Assembly: GCA_973895155.1 (NCBI GenBank)
Contig: OZ316898.1
Coordinates: 3,472,480-3,536,479 of the forward strand
Direction of reading: 5' to 3'
Source of the DNA: Marsupella aquatica
Taxonomy: Eukaryota > Plantae > Marchantiophyta
DNA: 64,000 bases
Both the position numbers and the translations under genes were made by a program. Below are positions 15,001 to 28,281 of this stretch, in pieces. Numbering within the stretch: position 1 is the first letter of the stretch; each line of letters starts with the position of its first letter. The notes below the pieces were generated by a model that made no database searches, was not told the DNA's origin, and saw nothing but the letters and a program-made list of their open reading frames with translations.

Positions 15001-16958
15001 ACGAACCTTAAAGGTACTGTGGGTTAAATTTTCACCCCAAACTTGTCGCCCATTTAATATGGTGGTTCGTGCCGTCTTCTTCTCGTCGATACGTAGCCTT
15101 CGGTTCTCCTTGATCTCCATGTCACGGGTATGGGACAGTGTCTCTATGTCAGCAATTGCAATCTGTTTTTGACAAACTAACAATGCTACACTGACGCCAC
15201 TCAATGTGGTTCCTAAGATACCACCTCACGCACAAAACCTGAAAGAATGACAGGAGCGTTGGCCAAAAGTAACAGAGCAGGAATTCCTTACAGTATCGTC
15301 TATGGATGTCTATTCTAGGAACGCGCCTGAACTGCTTTCCTTCTAGCAACCCTCATATTTCTTACCAGAGTGGCTTGTCATGATGTTGATCTTGTTCATC
15401 AGACTCAGGAGTTCATTGTTTGCGGGAGCCAACCCTTGACAGCTCTTAGAGATCGAATCTACTGTCTTATGGACACTGTAGCGGAGAAGGCAAACGTGAA
15501 ACTGCCCTCCAGCTATTTCCTGATTGAGGTATGTTGTGATCAGCTTGCGTCCAATGCCTCTACTCTGGAATTGGTAGTCCTCAGCTGATCTCCAAGGTTC
15601 CACTCTAACAAGTATTCTGAGTTGCACGCGAAAAGGACAGGCTACCTTTAATGTATTCAAGGTGCAACTTTCTTGGAAGGCTTACAATTTATTCACCTCT
15701 TCAGACTCCGTAGACATGGAAATACTTAGATGACCATAGTCACTTAGGAAACCGTCGATCTCCCTCACATAAAAGTGGGTGTGATATCATATGAGTGCCT
15801 CGAAACGAAACGTAATTATTCATAGCTGCCTTGAATCCCGCTCCTGGTTGTACATCTATTAGCAGATACATGCCTTTATTTGCAGAGGGCTAAGAATTAC
15901 AGCTTAAATAAAGTATAAGGCGACGGGATTCTTTTCTTTAATCTTGCATCGAACTGTCGTCCATTTTTTGCACAGGAGTCGTTTTACAATGACATGAGAC
16001 ATCCTACGGCTGTCGACTACAGCCTGCCAATCAGGAAGTGGGTGAGGGAGAACCCTGAAGCAAGTGAAAAATGGAAGGCATTAGGCGGTGCTGGTGATAC
16101 TGGAAAACAACGGTTGTTAGAGTCATCTTCAACCCAAGAGTCCAGTGCGCCCCCACGTTTTTTACCTGCAAATATGGCGAATATTTCTTTCAAGGATCTA
16201 GAATGTCGCCTTGGAGCACAATTTCTCTACTGTCACTTGGTGAGAACTGGATTTTCTTGGATTGTTGCGTATGTCATATGTGTAAGAACAGTAGTTAAAT
16301 GCATCATTTTTGTCCATTTCCATGAATTAGGTCGTACAATTGGATCCTCGTTCTCGTTGTTAGAAAGTTACGTCCTTCTAGCACTTCTTGTCTCAGTTCA
16401 AGCTTCAAACAGATGCTTCCTTCCAAATACAGAATACCAAGCCCTGAGAATCTAGGCTCGTGGCGACGGTTACAGTGTTTGAGCCCTTTGTATGTGAAAA
16501 TGACGAAGAGATGGACTCGATTTGAAGAGGGTTTGAAAGGAAACAGAATTGGTTGAGGAGAACTTCATCTGGGGGAAAGGAACCGAACACTGTTGCAACC
16601 AGATCAGCAAGGGATCGAGCCGCCGTTACAAAATGGAAGAACTCACTTCACTTATTCTATGTTCTGATTGCAGGGAGATTGTAAGCACTTCATTGTCATC
16701 CGGGACATGAGACTTCTGCATCCAGAGGATGTCCAAAATGCATCTGCTTACCCAGTGCTTCGGTATGTGCATAAACTAAGACACCGAAAGTGCACCATTT
16801 GCTGCATCTATCAGGCTAGCAAAGTTACCTTTGGAGATAAACTGGCCCCCGAGAGCCCTTGCTTTTTCTGTGAAAACTGCTATTTCTTGCTTCACTACGC
16901 CAAAGATGGAACGATTCTGTACAGTGACTTCCAAGTGCATGATTATTATCATGAGTAA
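12067..16958 (+). CDS. SNAPC3: snRNA-activating protein complex subunit 3 (SNAP50/SNAPC3, Arabidopsis SRD2-like), about 10 exons; internal boundaries approximate
   Basis: GGPLAVPGFV N-terminal motif; [58 protein letters not shown]; C-terminal zinc finger CTIC...PCFFCENCYFLLHY; TAA at 16956-16958. Confidence 0.92.
12325..12955. repeat. About four tandem ~160-bp copies of the SNAPC3 exon 1/intron 1 junction
   Basis: 'cct(g/c)cagctctct...(g/c)tg(g/a)gt' recurs at ~12326, 12493, 12655 and 12804, followed by repeated 'tgtcgaattgagg' and 'tggcctaca' blocks. Confidence 0.8.
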
Positions 16959-18190
16959 AGCAATTGAGGAGCAGTGAGCAAGATTTTGTAGATATTGCTT
17001 CAGTAGACAAGCTACAAGAGTTGAGCTGGTGGATGAGCTCCTGTGAAATAAATGTGGTGCAATTGTGAATGTTATGAATGGATCGCATTGGAGTTGTTCA
17101 GAAGCTCTGCACAAGCTCTGAAGAGGTTTGCAGAAGTAAAAGAATTGATAACCCTTGCAAAATTTGTGACTGCACTTCAACTTCGATAAAGTAGAACCAA
17201 ATTTGGAAATTGTTGTGAGGCCTCTCCACTTATTTACGAGTGGAGTATTAACTTGTCCTCCTCTATAGAAGACCTCCACAACTATTGTAACCCGAACCTA
17301 TCCAAGTAGCCTCTCTTGTGCAAAGAACTTGACATGTTTCTTAACAAAGAGCATTGAGTTGCAATTATCTGTATCTTTTTGTTGAGCAAAGATGACATTC
17401 ACAATAGCAAGTTCATGATCATCCAACGCAAAAATAGTTGACATAAAAATATATATGGTTCACCTCAATTGAGATTACATTCATAAAAACATATGAAAAC
17501 TTTATTACACTCTTGGTTCGCCGATCATTCATAGAAACATATGAGAACTTTATTACACTCTAGGTTTGCCGAGCATGTCGAGTTTTTGTAATATAATTTA
17601 TTTATTTATTTTCAACTAATTCATTAACAATGAGCCTGAGTTCTCCTATCTAAGCAAACATTATTTGGTGATATAATGAGCAGCATGACTAGTCTAATCT
17701 AAACTGTCACTATGGTACAATTGTAACTCTAGACCACAGATATAACATTTAAAACTTTGTTTGCCAAAAATGGATCATGAATATATTGGTGGAAAGTATT
17801 GTCAAAATTGTACTATGAAACCTATAAATGGAGTTTATCGTGACCACATAGCTTTGGTCACAGGCCAGATTTAAGTTCAGCAAACCAGAGGTGGAGTAAT
17901 ATGCTTTAAAATCAAATGTCTGACCTCAAAAGTGGAACTGTTTCATATCCTCTTTTCCAGTTTGATGTGTTCTTAACATTTCTGCCTCCTCCTTCTAATA
18001 ATCTTGGGTAAGTTTAAAGTGAGTGCATTGCACGCTTTTGTTATAAGAATCTATATAACTAGTTCAATACCCATGAGTTGCATAAATTCGTAGAGGTGAG
18101 GTAAGGAAGACATTAAGTCAAGGAACTGTTGTGGCAGCAAGGAAGTGCTTTTGAGGGTGTTGTCAAATTTGGGGTTTGCCCTAATCCCCC

Positions 18191-18221
<31 letters not shown>

Positions 18222-19099
18222 CTCCTGCAAATCTTTCTCCCATTCCACCCTCATCTTGTTTTTCCATGTGGAGTATGGAGAACTAGAAGGGAGTAAGTTC
18301 CCCTTGCCTCTGTGTGATATTATGTAGATCACCTACACATAAGGGCATATTACCTCCTTTAGAGTTCTCTCATATGATTGGTTTGCTGAGGCTCATAAAA
18401 AACCTGGGACTTTCCTGTTTCCCAAAGGCTTTGCAGTGAATATGTCCCCAAGCTAGGCACCAGATATTTACACCTAATCAGATTAAAGACAACAAAGTTA
18501 CAGCCAAAACAAAGGGTACCTTTAAACCCAAACTAGAGAACCTTTGTGCACAAATTGAAAATATTATGTATCTAAATAGCACATACATAGCATAATAGAA
18601 ACCCCAATAGAAAAACCCCACCTTTTTAAAATTACTGCTGACTTACAGTGCAAACCAGCACTAGTTATTTATAAAATCTTATCTCATTTGTCAAAATGGA
18701 AGATCCAATGGCTACTGCTTCCCCTCATGGCTGCTGTCAACTGTCCTGCTTATAAAGCACTTTGTTGCTGAATTTTTTTAAAACATAATCTCATTTGTCA
18801 AAATGGAAGACCCAATGATTATAAGCAGGACAGGGGGCGAAGGCCATTGGGTCATTGCTCCATTAATAAATGCATAATGTACATTGCCAATCATACATTT
18901 TAAGTTTAATCTTATTCATTGAAATGTTAACCATCACTCAACTGCATTAATAAATTTCTTGGATTTAAAGAATTTAGGTTTCTTGTGCATTTTCAAGGGT
19001 TTCCAAATCTCATTTTACTTCCTTTCTAATGGTCTAGACAAAAGATACCATTCATCCAACAACCATCTGGAGCGTGAATTCCCACCTGTGTGACATATT

Positions 19100-20800
19100 G
19101 TAGTGTTTAGATTTCTTGGGAATCGTGCCATGTATATTATGAAAGACAAGCACATAATAATCCAGGTGTATGTCATATATATCATAGTGGCTAGATTTCT
19201 TGGGTAGTTTAATGTGTACATTACGCAACGCTAGTGTAAAATCACATGGAGTAGATTTTATAATCATGAAGGTCAAGATTAATGTATGCAGCACAACATT
19301 TGTAAATGTTAAAAGAAATGTATCCTTTCTCATCTGTGGTAAAAATGTATTACACCAGGTTTTCTTTGCTTCTAGTCTCTTTGTCAACAGTATGGCCACA
19401 GGCAGTAATTTTTTCTCATCTGTGCTAGAAATGATTTTATGTATGTTCTCTGAATTTTTAAGTTTTGTTAGAAAATGTAATGGGTATACTACCAAACACT
19501 AGTATACAATCATCTAGGTGTACGGCATATGATACTGTTGAAACAGTGTTGAGTGGCATAATGTGTACATTACCAAACACTTGTAGAAAACCATCTAAAA
19601 CCATCTAGAGTAGGTCTCATAATCATGCAAGTCATGGTTTATGTGTGCAGCAGAACATTGTAATTGTTACAAGAATTTATGAGAGATATATTACACGAGA
19701 TTTATTTGCTTTCCATGTCAATATTAAGATACGCAACAAATGATTCTTTCTCATCAGTGCTAGAAACGATCCTACGTATGTTCTTTGTTTTTTTTTTTAC
19801 TAATGATTACACCGAATAAATTTTGTTTTGAAAGCATGACATATTTGGGATCTAACCTTTTCGTCGTGAAAACACACACCAATGAAATAATGCCAAACCC
19901 ACAATGGGGATGTACATTCCACTAATTAAAATATTGCAATCCAAGAGACGAGCCAAATTCACAAAGGTGTGCCAACTAAGAGGGCACTAGACCAAGACAA
20001 CTGTAATATAGACACGTGTACACTCCACTAATCAAAATAATCCAAGAGACGAGCCAAATTCACAAAGGTGTGCCGACCGAGAGGGCACTAGACCAAGACA
20101 ACTGCAATATAGACACGGGCTAATCCACCACGAGGGGGACCACTGGTCAAGACACACCATGGTTTTCATAATATCTGATAAATGTGGCAGGCATTATTCA
20201 TAGAGCTAGTAGGCATCTTGGCATAGCTGGGTTGCAATAATTAGTTTCTACAGCTCAGATTCTATATTTCAAAATTCATATGTAGATAACAACTTTCACT
20301 GCTGGAAAAAAGAGCAGCTATCATCCAGATGCCAACTGAGAGGGGGCACTAGACCCGGACACTTCCAGTACAAGATGCGAGCTAGACTACCAACAATGGG
20401 GGCACCAGTAAACACACACCATGGGCTACAGCATCTAATAAAAGTGACAGGCAGAGAACCAAAGCCACTAACTAAGAGCAATGGTTTAACATCTTCCACC
20501 GCTGAGAAAGTGCAGAGAAGCAGCTTCATCTAGACGCACATCTATTCTCCTCTACAAATGCTACAAACTAACCCACAAAAGGGTTGCCAACCGAGAGGGC
20601 ACTAGGCCAAGACATTGCAGTACAGGACGTGGACTATACCACCAAAGAGGGGGGCATCAGTCGATATATCATAGGCCAAAGCATCTGGTAAAAGTGGCAG
20701 GCAGAGAACCACAGCCTCCGACTAAGAGCAATGGTATAAAATCTTCCACAGCTGAGAAATAGTGCAGAGAAGCAGTTTCATGCAGACGCACTTCAACTCC
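19100..20800. repeat. Cluster of diverged tandem duplications between the SNAPC3 and NAC 3' ends
   Basis: ~350-bp unit (19207/19557); near-identical ~103-bp unit (19939/20039: aatccaagagacgagccaaattcacaaaggtgtgcc); ~250-bp unit (20330/20580). Confidence 0.75.
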
Positions 20801-21121
20801 TTGTATGATCATCCTAAGTATCATCGTGTACCAACAGCAAATCATCCTAAGTATCAAAGTACAGAGACCGACTCTTTTGAGTAGAGTCGACTCGGCTCTG
20901 TGTAAGAAGTTTTCGAGATTATTAGAAGTTCTTGTGACGTTATCCCCGACTGATTTTTAATCATAAGTACAATATCTAAAACACAATAGTGGAAGTAAAT
21001 TTCCTGGTATTTTTGGCCGCATCCTTCAAGTTGACCAAATGCCGTAAGGTCTGAGAGCAATATGTCCGACTACTACCTACATCACTGTTTACCTAGTTGC
21101 AAAAGTGATAAATCCTATCAT

Positions 21122-23959
21122 TTACAAGTCACTGGCTGCAGTGACGGTCTGTACACCATTGCGAACAAGCTGGCACGAGTCTCTCCAAAATTCGTGAGAA
21201 ACAAAAAACCCAACGCATGCCGACACGGCTCCCATGAGAAAGACGCATGCAAAACTTTTCCTGAAGCCACTCCTCTTCTCCCTGCTTTGTCGATCCTCGA
21301 GACCTATTTCATCTATTCTTCCCCGAGGTTCTTCCAAAACTCGATTGTTGGCTTCCTTCGAATTGTCGTAGCAATCACAAACGGTTGATTGCACGTGAGG
21401 CTTACTACTGACATTATCACAGGAGCAGGAGATGGTCACAGCATTTACATGAATTGAGCCGATGCCTGGAGGAAGCTCCTTGTAGCCCTTGATATGGAAC
21501 ACAGCAGTCACAGATTTCTGGTTATCAACATCTGAAACAGAAGATTTCATCGATGGTTGGTCTAAGTCGGCCACTTGCTTCTTGACTTCCTTGTCGTTCA
21601 CATCATTGTCAGAAGTGTCAGGCAAACCAGGCTCGCATAACGTTGCAGGCGGTGCTAATTGAGAACATGATTGCAAATCCGATGAATTTGACACCACTGG
21701 AATGGTTTCAGATGGTTCTTGAGTTCCCACATTTTCCACTTCACTTTCGAGCACTACTGCAGCACTAGAAGCCTGTGGCAAAACAGCCGAGAGAGCAAAG
21801 ATAGGTCAGGTTACAGCAACCTCCACACATGACCAAAAATTCATCAACACATTTATCTTTCAAATTATCACCAAGAGCCGAATGCTGAGTAAAACACGAA
21901 ATCGCCCTGTACAAGTCATGGTTTTGTAAGCAGCCAAAGAAATCTTACATCAGCTAGACGTACACCGTCAGCACTCACTGGTGTCTTGTCAGGCACAACC
22001 TCCGTTGACCCTGCCACCATATTCTGAGTATGTTCTGAGCTTTCATGCTCCTCATCCTCTTCAACGGGGGGTTGAGGCCGATTGCTCTTCTTCATCAGAA
22101 CTCTACGCCTAGCTGTGAAAGTCGGAGCAACCCGTCCAGCTTGGGACTTGAAAGACGACGGAATTCTAGGCCGGATCTGTATCGTTGCAAGTTGGCGAGA
22201 ATCAATGCTGCCGCATGACTCTTCGAAGCTGGAAGACGGTAGCATGGTAGGACTGGGTGACCGGTCTTCCAAAGGAGGAGGTAAGTCCAAGTCTTCAAAA
22301 CCTTCACCTCCCATCACAGGCTGCACGGACATCTGCGTGCCAACAGGATCTTCGTACTTGACACTCCATGGAGCGTCTGACGGAAAGTTGCCAGCAAATG
22401 TTGGCTCCTGCAGCCAGCCACCTTTCGAGAACTCACTACGCCCATCCGGTGTCGAGTCCTGAAGGGGAATGGGAATGAAGTCTGGCGGCTCGTTAATAAA
22501 CAGACCATCCATCCAATCATAATTACTACTTTCCATCTGCACACAGAAACAACCACCATACATGGTCAGCGACGCCAGCTAGAAATCAGAGCTCCATGGA
22601 AATGTCCACACAGGTGTATCAAGCACTGTAAAGAACCGCAAAAGCGTTACTGTGAAGTGCACAACATTTAGGTAACGATACGAGCGCGAGGCACAAAAAA
22701 CGTGACAGAATAAAGAGATGCACAGATACACACCCCCTCCAGCGTACTGTACCGTCAGGCTCCGTCATACGGATCGTCCGTAAAGCATGCGTTCACGTCA
22801 CCCACCCAACACAAATCGTATACAACACTTCTCCACCTCGTCTTTTCTGGCTGGCACATTGTGCCGCTAAACTGTTTTTTGTTTTTTTTTGTTTTTCCAT
22901 AGTACATCGCTTTCCTCTCAGCGTATCGAATCAGGTCACCTGCAACAACTTCGAGTCCTGACTCAAGAATCAAAAAAATCGTGTTACCTTCGGGAAATTT
23001 GACATGCCGTCGACGTCGAAGATGCTAAGCGGCGGTTCACCACTCGAGGGCTGCATCGCAGGGAAAGAAGGCAGAGGCAAAGCCTCCAGCACCTGGTCAC
23101 CAAGCGAGACGGCACTCTGGGGAGCCTGTTGAGTACCAGAGGAAGGCATCGGCAACGGAGGCAATTCTGTGCTTGGCTTCACGTTGTATTCGTAGAACAC
23201 CGAATTCTTGTCATCCGACGGTGAGTCCGCGTTGTCCACCTCCTCGCCCGAACCAACCCCGGCAAGAGGCGGCAGATCCAACCCATTCTTCTTGAACACC
23301 CTGCATAGCACATATGCTTCCTGGAAGAAGGAGACCACCCAAAACGAACCCAAGAGCCGAGTCAACTTTTGCACAAACGATGACAAGCCTACCTAACAGT
23401 CTGTCCATAGACACGTCCACACACCCCACATGCAGAAAGTAATGAAATTCACTCGACTAGACGGTAAGAGAGTATGCAGCAGAGATGAGAAGGAATTGTT
23501 CAATCTAGACAGACAGATGGTTACCTGTGAAACGGTGGTGGCTTCCCACTCATCCCCATCGAGGCGATACTCGTGCATGAGCCAGTGCGTGCGCTCCCCA
23601 TGAGGAGCACGGCCTAGGTAGAACACAAGCGTTTTCTTCATGCCGATGGTCTTGGAGCCCGTCTTCACGAATCGATCACGCCCGGTTGCCTTCCAGTACC
23701 CAGCCTCTGTAGCCCGATTGGTACGCGCCCCATTGGGATACTTCCTGTCCCTGGGGCTGAAGAAAAACCACTCAAAATCATGGGTAGGAAGCCGAGACTT
23801 CGAAGGCAAATCCCATGGCTCACACTTGTAAAGATCTACGTCCGCTACCACGTCAAATTCAATCGGGGCTCCTTTCACTCTCTTCCTCAAATAGTACGCC
23901 ACCAGCTCCTCGTCGGTGGGATGGAACCTGAATCCTGGAGGTAACATCACTCCGGGCAT
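21122..23959 (-). CDS. NAC-domain transcription factor with a C-terminal transmembrane anchor (NTL type). Exons approx 23959-23525, 23320-22988, 22536-21949, 21774-21122
   Basis: [91 protein letters not shown]. Hydrophobic tail [20 protein letters not shown] preceded by basic residues. The start codon and a possible extra small exon are uncertain. Confidence 0.92.
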
Positions 23960-24979
23960 AACTATGCACGCATCCTCTGTTTCAGCCTGCAATCCACCTC
24001 TTTCCTCGCCCCCTTTCCTCTGCCGTATTTCCGTTCACCAGATCGGCAATTGCCCAATTCGATGAACAAGTCCCGCACCAATTGTTCCACGCTCGTCCTC
24101 GAACCCTAAACTCGTTCAGGCCACAAACTCCAACTTACAGAACAACACCTCAAGCAACGACTGATCTGAGGCACCCAATTTCGTGAAACGATCCCAGCCA
24201 AATTGCTCCAAAAAGAGAACTAGTGGGAACCCTAAACTTCGTCCGTCTCCAATCGATACACGGCCCAAAACAACTTACGGAGAACTATGGTCCTCAAAGC
24301 GGCTGCTGCTATGAACAAGTGGTCTCCGCTTCGGTTGGGCAACAATAAATCGATCAACCAGTCAAATCAATCCCCCACCGATACTCCCGGAGAAGATAGT
24401 CTCACAGCGCGGTCGTAGAATCGGTCGGCACGAAGCGCTTCTACTTGCAAACCCGAGATAAAACATGGACTGATTGAAGCTAGATTCACGCTGAAGTCAC
24501 CCTTATACGCGGACTCGCATTCTTCGACACGGTAGAGAAGGTGCGAAGGGACGACGCTACTTCTGCGATCTGAGCTGGTCCGCTCTCGTCAGTCTCATCT
24601 CCTCTCCTCTCTGTTTCTGTTCGGATCTACTGTAGACTCTGAAAAAGTGCTGAAGATCTAGAATGAGTGACCTCGGTGAAACTGATGATGGGGCAGAAGA
24701 GCATGGGACCCCGCGACTTTTCTTTCGCTGAGTGAAATCAGATTCGAGTGCTCCGCGGATGGCTATGGAGGTCGAGGGGGATCCTTCGCGACAAGTGTAC
24801 TCTGCCTTCATCGCGACTCCAGTAGCAAATCTTGCTTCAACACGACTCTACTCTCGTGCCGAATCCATTGGTCGTAACGCGTCACCGGGTCTTTTTTTAA
24901 TTTATTGAGGTGGCGGGTGAGAAGCCGCTCTGGCGCGCTCTCATTGGCCCGGGTACGATGGTGACGACTTTCATGGAAA

Positions 24980-25288
24980 TAACTTCTGTACCAAACAAAG
25001 GTTACTACAGTAGGTTACTGGTCGGTAACCATTTCTAGTCCATTTCTAGTCCATTTCTAGTCCATGGGGTGTGCTCATAGTTTGGTGCCCTTAAAATTTT
25101 TGCAGTTGGATGACCTTTTGGGGGACAAAATTCAAACACGGAAACCAATGTCTAGGCTACCGTAGGTTGGAGTTCTGGATTATAAGACCTTGAGCCCGGA
25201 GTGTTCTTTGCAGGTTTGCCTGTCCTCACATTCCGGACCCAGGGTTAGAGTCTAGTAACTCCACCCTACACCTAGATTCTCCTTGACG
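24980..25288. repeat. Unit 1 of a ~260-300 bp repeat family starting with a lox/att-like palindromic site (TAACTTCTG-TACCAAA-CAAAGGTTA, 24980-25004)
   Basis: Homologous to the units at 29060, 29340 and 29598. Shared blocks include gttggatgacc.ttt.ggggacaaaa, aaccaatgtctagg and cacctagatt. Confidence 0.8.
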
Positions 25289-25369
25289 TAAACAGGGTTT
25301 AGTCTTTAGTTTATCTGTGTATCCACTTTTCCGTGGTATATGTTATTTCCCGTAATCTTTGCCCCAAAT

Positions 25370-25565
25370 TGACGGTCACATTGTAATCTGTTTGTGGGAC
25401 CAACGGTAAGCTGTAATTTGGGGATGGGATCAACGGTAAGCTGTAATCTGGGGATGAGATCAACGGTAAGCCATAATTTAGGGACGGTAGATTGTAATCA
25501 CTTGACGGTAACTTGTAATCTAGCTACGGTGACATATAATCCAGCAACGGTAAACTATGTGATCT
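25370..25565. repeat. About eight tandem copies of an ACGGTAA-nnn-GTAAT-like motif (21-30 bp period)
   Basis: caacggtaagctgtaat at 25401 and 25431, a variant at 25461, and shorter variants at 25371, 25483, 25504, 25526, 25547. Confidence 0.8.
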
Positions 25566-25922
25566 ACCGACAACATTCATCTCCAGCAGCCAATTGATGC
25601 AATTCTCTGTTTTTAATTTTCTTGTTTGCATAGTTCAACACAACTGGCTGACAATAGCATAGCGACTGCATGAGAGAGATCCATGCCCGACATCCATGAC
25701 TCCATTCAAAATTCACAAAAGAGAGAAGCTTCATTATGTAAAATGCCAATTTCTTGAAATGAACTGGGCATGTGAACCCATGAAAATGTTACACCCGAAA
25801 AAATAGTACATCCGACATATTGTTCAGCTGAAGGTTCGATTCAGCTAGTGAAATGCACATGACTTTAGTCTAATCTCTACTATCCTAAAAAATTGCCTAC
25901 GTGGTCTGCTACTATTCTACTT

Positions 25923-28281
25923 CTAAGCATCGTCATCCTTTTTCACTATGAAATTGATCGTGCAATTGTTATAGTTTCCACATAAACTGTTCCCCACCGA
26001 TACACTCTTTGCCTTAGACTTGGCTGCAAAATAACCAGCTAGAGTCGGATTCTTGCTCAATTCCCCAACATAGTCGACTTCATCAAACGTCTTATTCCAC
26101 TCAATAACACGTTTATTCTGCTCGTCTGTCAAGATAGTCCCATCATTTGATACGCTCTTAGATTTCTGTAAGAAAAAACAACTTACATATGTTAAATTTA
26201 GATCATCTGAAAACAAGATTGCACGTAAAAAGCGACAGTGAAAAACCAGAGAAGACATGTACATAGTACTAACTTGAACTTCGATCTTGATCTCCACATC
26301 CTCATCTGCTTTTGAAGATTGGCCCGTATCCTATAATCAGAGTGTGCACATAAAACAAATCAACAAACAAATCACAAATCAACAAACATAAATGACTGAA
26401 ACATTATGCACAAGTACATACCTTAGTCAATTCTGGACTGATCGCTACTTGAAGGTTACGCTGTACACTGACTCTATCAATGAGAGGGTTCAATGCTACA
26501 CCACTCCCTGCCACCTTCTCACTGTAGAACTGCTTAGAAACCTCCGTTAGAGCTTTCTCGTAACTCAAGTTAGAGTTACATCCCACTAAGGTTGCAGCGT
26601 CCTGCTTAAGATCTTGGGTCCTATCATATCTCAAGTATCCACTAGTCGTGTGGTGCCCGGTCACAAGCATGCCAACTTCGTCAGGAACGCCTTTTGCTGC
26701 CATACGCGTTATTAGAGTCGCCCGACCACTCTTATTAGTAAACAAATCTTTAGGAAGCCCTACCAGCTGTAACATGTTATTGAGCATATGCCCTGTGCGA
26801 TCCTGTGCTACTTTGTGGCATTTGTTATACCAAACATTCCCTGCAGGGTTAGTAATAGGTTGCATGACAAGATCCTGCTTCTTGCATTCCTGGGCTGGAG
26901 CCATATGACGTAGATACTGTTTCACGCAAAGAATGAAATCAGCCTCGAAGCTGTGGAAAGCGTTACGAAATTGGTGTTCTGAATATCGGTCCAATGTCAT
27001 GCTGTTATTCTTCGATTCTCTTTCTTCGAATCTGTAAATCAAAAAAACTCTCAAAAGATTAGCAATTACTGACTATTGTTGAAAGATTACGCAAGTCCCG
27101 TGTCTACAGCTGCGACAAGGGTTGAGGACATTATTTCAGCCATATGACGGAAACATGGGTGGAACAAATACAGAAATTTACAGGGGCCATTACCGCACGT
27201 ATTCTTTCCCCTCTTTCGTACTCTCCACGCGTATGTCATTCCTCTGCAAGAGCCAGAGCTCTTTACCACCCCGGATCCCTAGACGACACAAGAAGTAAAA
27301 TGCCAGACGTTTCTGGCAGCCATGTGCACTACTAATCTGGTGATCAATGTTGGCTAGTATTGCTTGCTCCATCTCCTCCGTAATGGTCTCTACCTGCATT
27401 ACATAAACAAACAATGAATAACGTCAATCTTGAACACTAATAAATTCAAACACAAAGAAACACAAAAGCAACAGAAATAACATTGTACACACCTTCTTCC
27501 GTTTCTTATTTTTGCCTTCTCGAGAAGCTTTCTTGATAGCAGCCCGCAAGACCATACGTGTCTTTGAAAAGGCAACATGTGTTTTAATGTTAAATGTTGT
27601 TGTGTCGATTAGATTCCCTTCCCCTCTAAGAGATCTAAGTTCACTTGACCGTTTGATTAACCGGTTGAATCCATTGCACATGTTCATCAAGGTAGCACTG
27701 GGGTAATCTTGGCCATTCACTTTCACTGCCCTACTAAACAAATCGCTGAATAGCTCATCCAGGAGTTGCAATGATAGGTCGCCGAGGGATACAGACATAT
27801 CCCACCCCTTAGCTGCCCGAAGAGAGTTTGCTCATTTCAGAGCCCACTGATCGTTACGTTCTGAAGCTTGCCTCTCCTCACCTTTACCAGCATCATGAAG
27901 CGTCTTATCTGGAACCGCCCTTAAGCCTGGTATGGTAACTTCCAAAGATGACACTTCCCCCTGAGGTCCGACATTATCTATGGCCACATGAACAGGATGA
28001 CTACCAGGAACTTCACAAGCAACAGGAGCATCATCCTCGCTCTCAGCATGAGGAAAATTACTAAGAGTATTGCACACAAACGAATCATCAACAAGACTTT
28101 CTAGACTAGGCAGCTGAAGGTCCTCAATTTCATCAAAAAATAAAAAGTCATTCTCGTCTTCCTCTCCATCTTCGGGACTCACTCCAATTACAGCCCCCTG
28201 GCATTCTGTCATCTCGACTTGCAAAGACGCAGTGATTATTGAAAATGAGGTCAGCGGATATAAACTATCAAGGTCCGTCAT
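25923..28281 (-). pseudogene. Spliced Crypton/DUF3504-type tyrosine recombinase with one premature TGA. Exons approx 28281(or 28212)-27493, 27393-27194, 27031-26422, 26330-26274, 26165-25923
   Basis: N-terminal core-binding-like LDELFSDLFSRAVKVNGQDYPSATLMNMCNGFNRLI. Catalytic motifs LGIRGGKE (R), ESKNN (K), FTNKSGRAT (K/H-x-x-R), LVTGH (H), GYLRYD (Y). C-terminal NNCTINF motif. Four GT-AG introns with compatible phases; in-frame TGA at 27832-27834. Confidence 0.85.

Noticed and set aside
18186-18221. Poly-C plus (CA)n tract (and poly-G at ~63688-63712)
   Set aside because: Simple repeats; lengths may be sequencing-error prone.
22755-22973. 72-aa ORF inside the NAC gene as an extra exon
   Set aside because: Crosses an A-rich tract and has stops in the usable frames; treated as intron pending RNA data.
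25370-25565. Repeat-spacer appearance suggesting CRISPR
   Set aside because: Short period, spacers related to each other, eukaryotic context and no cas genes; it is a minisatellite.
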